Part shown: positions 62,072 through 64,000 of the stretch, one piece after another
Position numbering within the stretch: the first letter of the stretch is position 1
How the letters are laid out: every line of letters begins with the position of its first letter
Origin: an uncultured Candidatus Rokubacteria bacterium
GTDB taxonomy: Bacteria > Methylomirabilota > Methylomirabilia > Rokubacteriales > CSP1-6
Length of the DNA stretch: 64,000 bases
Assembly (NCBI GenBank): GCA_963754315.1
Contig: CAVWFS010000019.1
Coordinates: 224,001 to 288,000 of the forward strand
Reading direction: 5' to 3'
Made by a program: the position numbers and the translations under genes
Notes under the pieces: model-generated
Told to the model about the DNA's origin: nothing
Seen by the model: only the letters and a program-made list of their open reading frames with translations
Databases searched by the model: none

Positions 62072-63028
62072 GCGCGGCACGGCCGTTTCCCACCGCTTAC
62101 TGGGCGGGCTTCGCGGTGGTCCTGGCCATTCTGGTGGTAGCGCCGCTGGTCTTGCCGCCGTTCTGGCAGCGCTTCGTCACCGAGATTCTCATCTGGGGTC
62201 TGCTCGCCATGTCGTCGGACATTCTCATCGGCTATACGGGCATGGTGTCTTTCGGGCACTCCGTCTTCTTCGGCCTCGGGATCTACGGGGCGGCGGCGGC
62301 CCTGCTGTCGGTCCGCCCGCCGAGTCTGTGGCTGGCCCTTCTCTACGGGCTGGTGGCGGCGGCGGTGGTGGCGGCCTTCGTGGCCTATTTCGCCACCCGC
62401 TTGCGCGAAATCTACTTCTCCATCACCACTCTGGTGTTCTCCCAGATCTTCTACGTGATCATCTTCACCTGGACCGAGGTGACCGGGAGGCGAAAACGGC
62501 CTCACCTTCAGCCAGCCTCCGCTGGGTTTGCCGGGGCTCGGAAGCCTGCGCTTCACGCCCCAGACGCTTCACTGGTTCGTCCTGGCCGTGGTGACCGTGT
62601 CGTATCTGCTCCTGCGCCGGATCACCCAGTCGCCCTTCGGAATGGTGCTCCAATCGATCCGCGAGAACGAGCCCCGGACGCGGGCCATCGGCTATTCGGT
62701 GGAACGGTACAAGATCGTGGCCGTGATGCTGTCCGGGCTCTTCGCCGGGCTGGCGGGCGTCCTCTACGCTATCCAGAACAAGTTCGCGGCACCGGATTTC
62801 GTCTTCTTCGTCGTGTCGGGCGAGGTGGTCATTTTCAATGTCATGGGCGGGATGGGCACCCTGGTCGGGCCCATCGCCGGGGCCGCCTTCTTCCTGCTGT
62901 TGCGCGAAGGTCTCTCGCGCTACTTCACCGAGTACTATCTGATCCCGGTCGGCATCATCTTCACTCTCATGGTGATCTTCATGCCCCAGGGACTGCTCGG
63001 CTTTCTCCGCCGCCCTCTCAATCGCTGA
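62068..63028 (+). CDS. ABC permease (LivM-like), with a +1 frameshift near 62488
   Basis: GYTGMVSFGH; TGGENG is restored by removing one base; SPFG..IRENE and GGMGTLVGP follow. Confidence 0.9.
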
Positions 63029-63104
63029 GCTGGCGGCTCCGCGCCCGCACCGTATCGCATCCGTCACATTGACCTGATCATGCCTACGCCGAACAATCAC
63101 TCTC

Positions 63105-64000
63105 GTGCTGGCTCGCGTGCTGTCGGCCGCTCTCGTGGGAGTGGAAGCCGCCCTCGTCCGCGTCGAAGTCGATGTGGCGCCGGGCCTGCCCATGTTCACC
63201 ACCGTGGGCCTCCCCGACTCCGCCGTGCGCGAGAGCCGCGAACGCGTGCGCACGGCCATCCGCAACGCCGGCTTCGCCTTTCCCCAGGACCGCATCACGG
63301 TCAACCTTGCTCCTGCTGACCTCCGTAAGGAAGGCACCTCGTTCGATCTCCCGATCGCCCTCGGCATTCTCGCCGCCACTGGTTGCGTGAAACCCAGCGC
63401 CGTCGGGCCTTTCGCGGTTGTCGGCGAGCTGGCGCTTGATGGACAGATCCAGCCCGTCCGGGGAGTCCTCGCGGTCGGGCTCGCCTGTCGTCGGCGGGGC
63501 ATCGGGACCCTGCTCGTTCCCGACGGTAACGGCGTGGAGGCGGCGGCCGTGCACGGTATCCGGGTGATTGCGGCCGCTTCGCTCGGGGACGCGGTGGCGT
63601 TGCTCAACGGCCAGGCGGCCGCTGCTCCCACCACGTCGTGCGGCGAGCCCGCTGGTGGGTCCCCGGCCGAGGACGACTTTGCCGACGTGATCGGCCAATC
63701 CCACGCCAAGCGCGCGCTGGAGATCGCGGCCGCCGGGGCCCACAACGTGTTGCTCATCGGGCCCCCGGGCGCGGGCAAGACGATGCTGGCCAGACGGCTG
63801 GCGTCGATCCTTCCCCCGATGACCAACGATGAGGCCATCGAGGTCTCGACGATCTGGAGCGTGGCGGGTCTTCTCCCCCGAGAGACCCGCCTCCTCGTGG
63901 GGCGACCATTCCGCGCTCCCCACCACACCATCTCCGTCTCCGGCCTCGTCGGGGGTGGCACCCCGCCTCGCCCCGGAGAGGTCACCCTGGCTCATCTCGG
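63105..64000 (+). CDS. comM: YifB/ComM family Mg-chelatase-like AAA ATPase, 3'-partial
   Basis: Manual translation: [42 protein letters not shown] and [10 protein letters not shown]. Confidence 0.93.
   Translation, partial: MLARVLSAALVGVEAALVRVEVDVAPGLPMFTTVGLPDSAVRESRERVRTAIRNAGFAFPQDRITVNLAPADLRKEGTSFDLPIALGILAATGCVKPSAVGPFAVVGELALDGQIQPVRGVLAVGLACRRRGIGTLLVPDGNGVEAAAVHGIRVIAAASLGDAVALLNGQAAAAPTTSCGEPAGGSPAEDDFADVIGQSHAKRALEIAAAGAHNVLLIGPPGAGKTMLARRLASILPPMTNDEAIEVSTIWSVAGLLPRETRLLVGRPFRAPHHTISVSGLVGGGTPPRPGEVTLAHL

Overview
GC-rich bacterial chromosome segment with no tRNA, rRNA, CRISPR array, integrase or transposase. The gene style and repeat family suggest Candidatus Rokubacteria/Methylomirabilota, but that is inference only. 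Layout: (1-8.7 kb) epoxide hydrolase, then a purine-oxidation cluster with three-subunit xanthine dehydrogenase, an NMT1/THI5-type ABC transporter and PuuD urate hydroxylase. (8.7-13.6 kb) A minus-strand accessory block with three tandem paralogous lipoprotein genes (two decayed), a gene-pair remnant and a binding protein/histidine kinase/response regulator module. (13.6-29.4 kb) Catabolic genes: FdrA-tail/DUF1116 fusion, LLM, SDR, DAO-type oxidase, muconate cycloisomerase-like enzyme, TAXI-TRAP, FadB-like, MaoC, cupin, molybdopterin oxidoreductase, amidohydrolase. (29.4-38.9 kb) PyrR-regulated pyrimidine operon. (39.4-53.3 kb) Housekeeping run yicC-remA-gmk-rpoZ-coaBC-udg-priA-def-fmt-rsmB-rpe-ffh-rpsP-rimM-trmD-rplS-rnhB-yraN. 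(53.3-64 kb) Cysteine synthase-like/CoA-transferase/LLM/DHDPS-like genes, a branched-chain-type ABC transporter and partial comM/yifB. Best leads: an ~85-bp two-hairpin G/C-rich intergenic repeat (4 copies, with compensatory changes); a probable structured ncRNA behind a perfect TTGACA-17-TATAAT promoter; a PriA lacking Walker A; the lipoprotein cassette triplet; and an 88-aa orphan in frame with a CTG-initiated carB. At least eight single-base insertions split otherwise intact genes and are probably sequencing-consensus errors.
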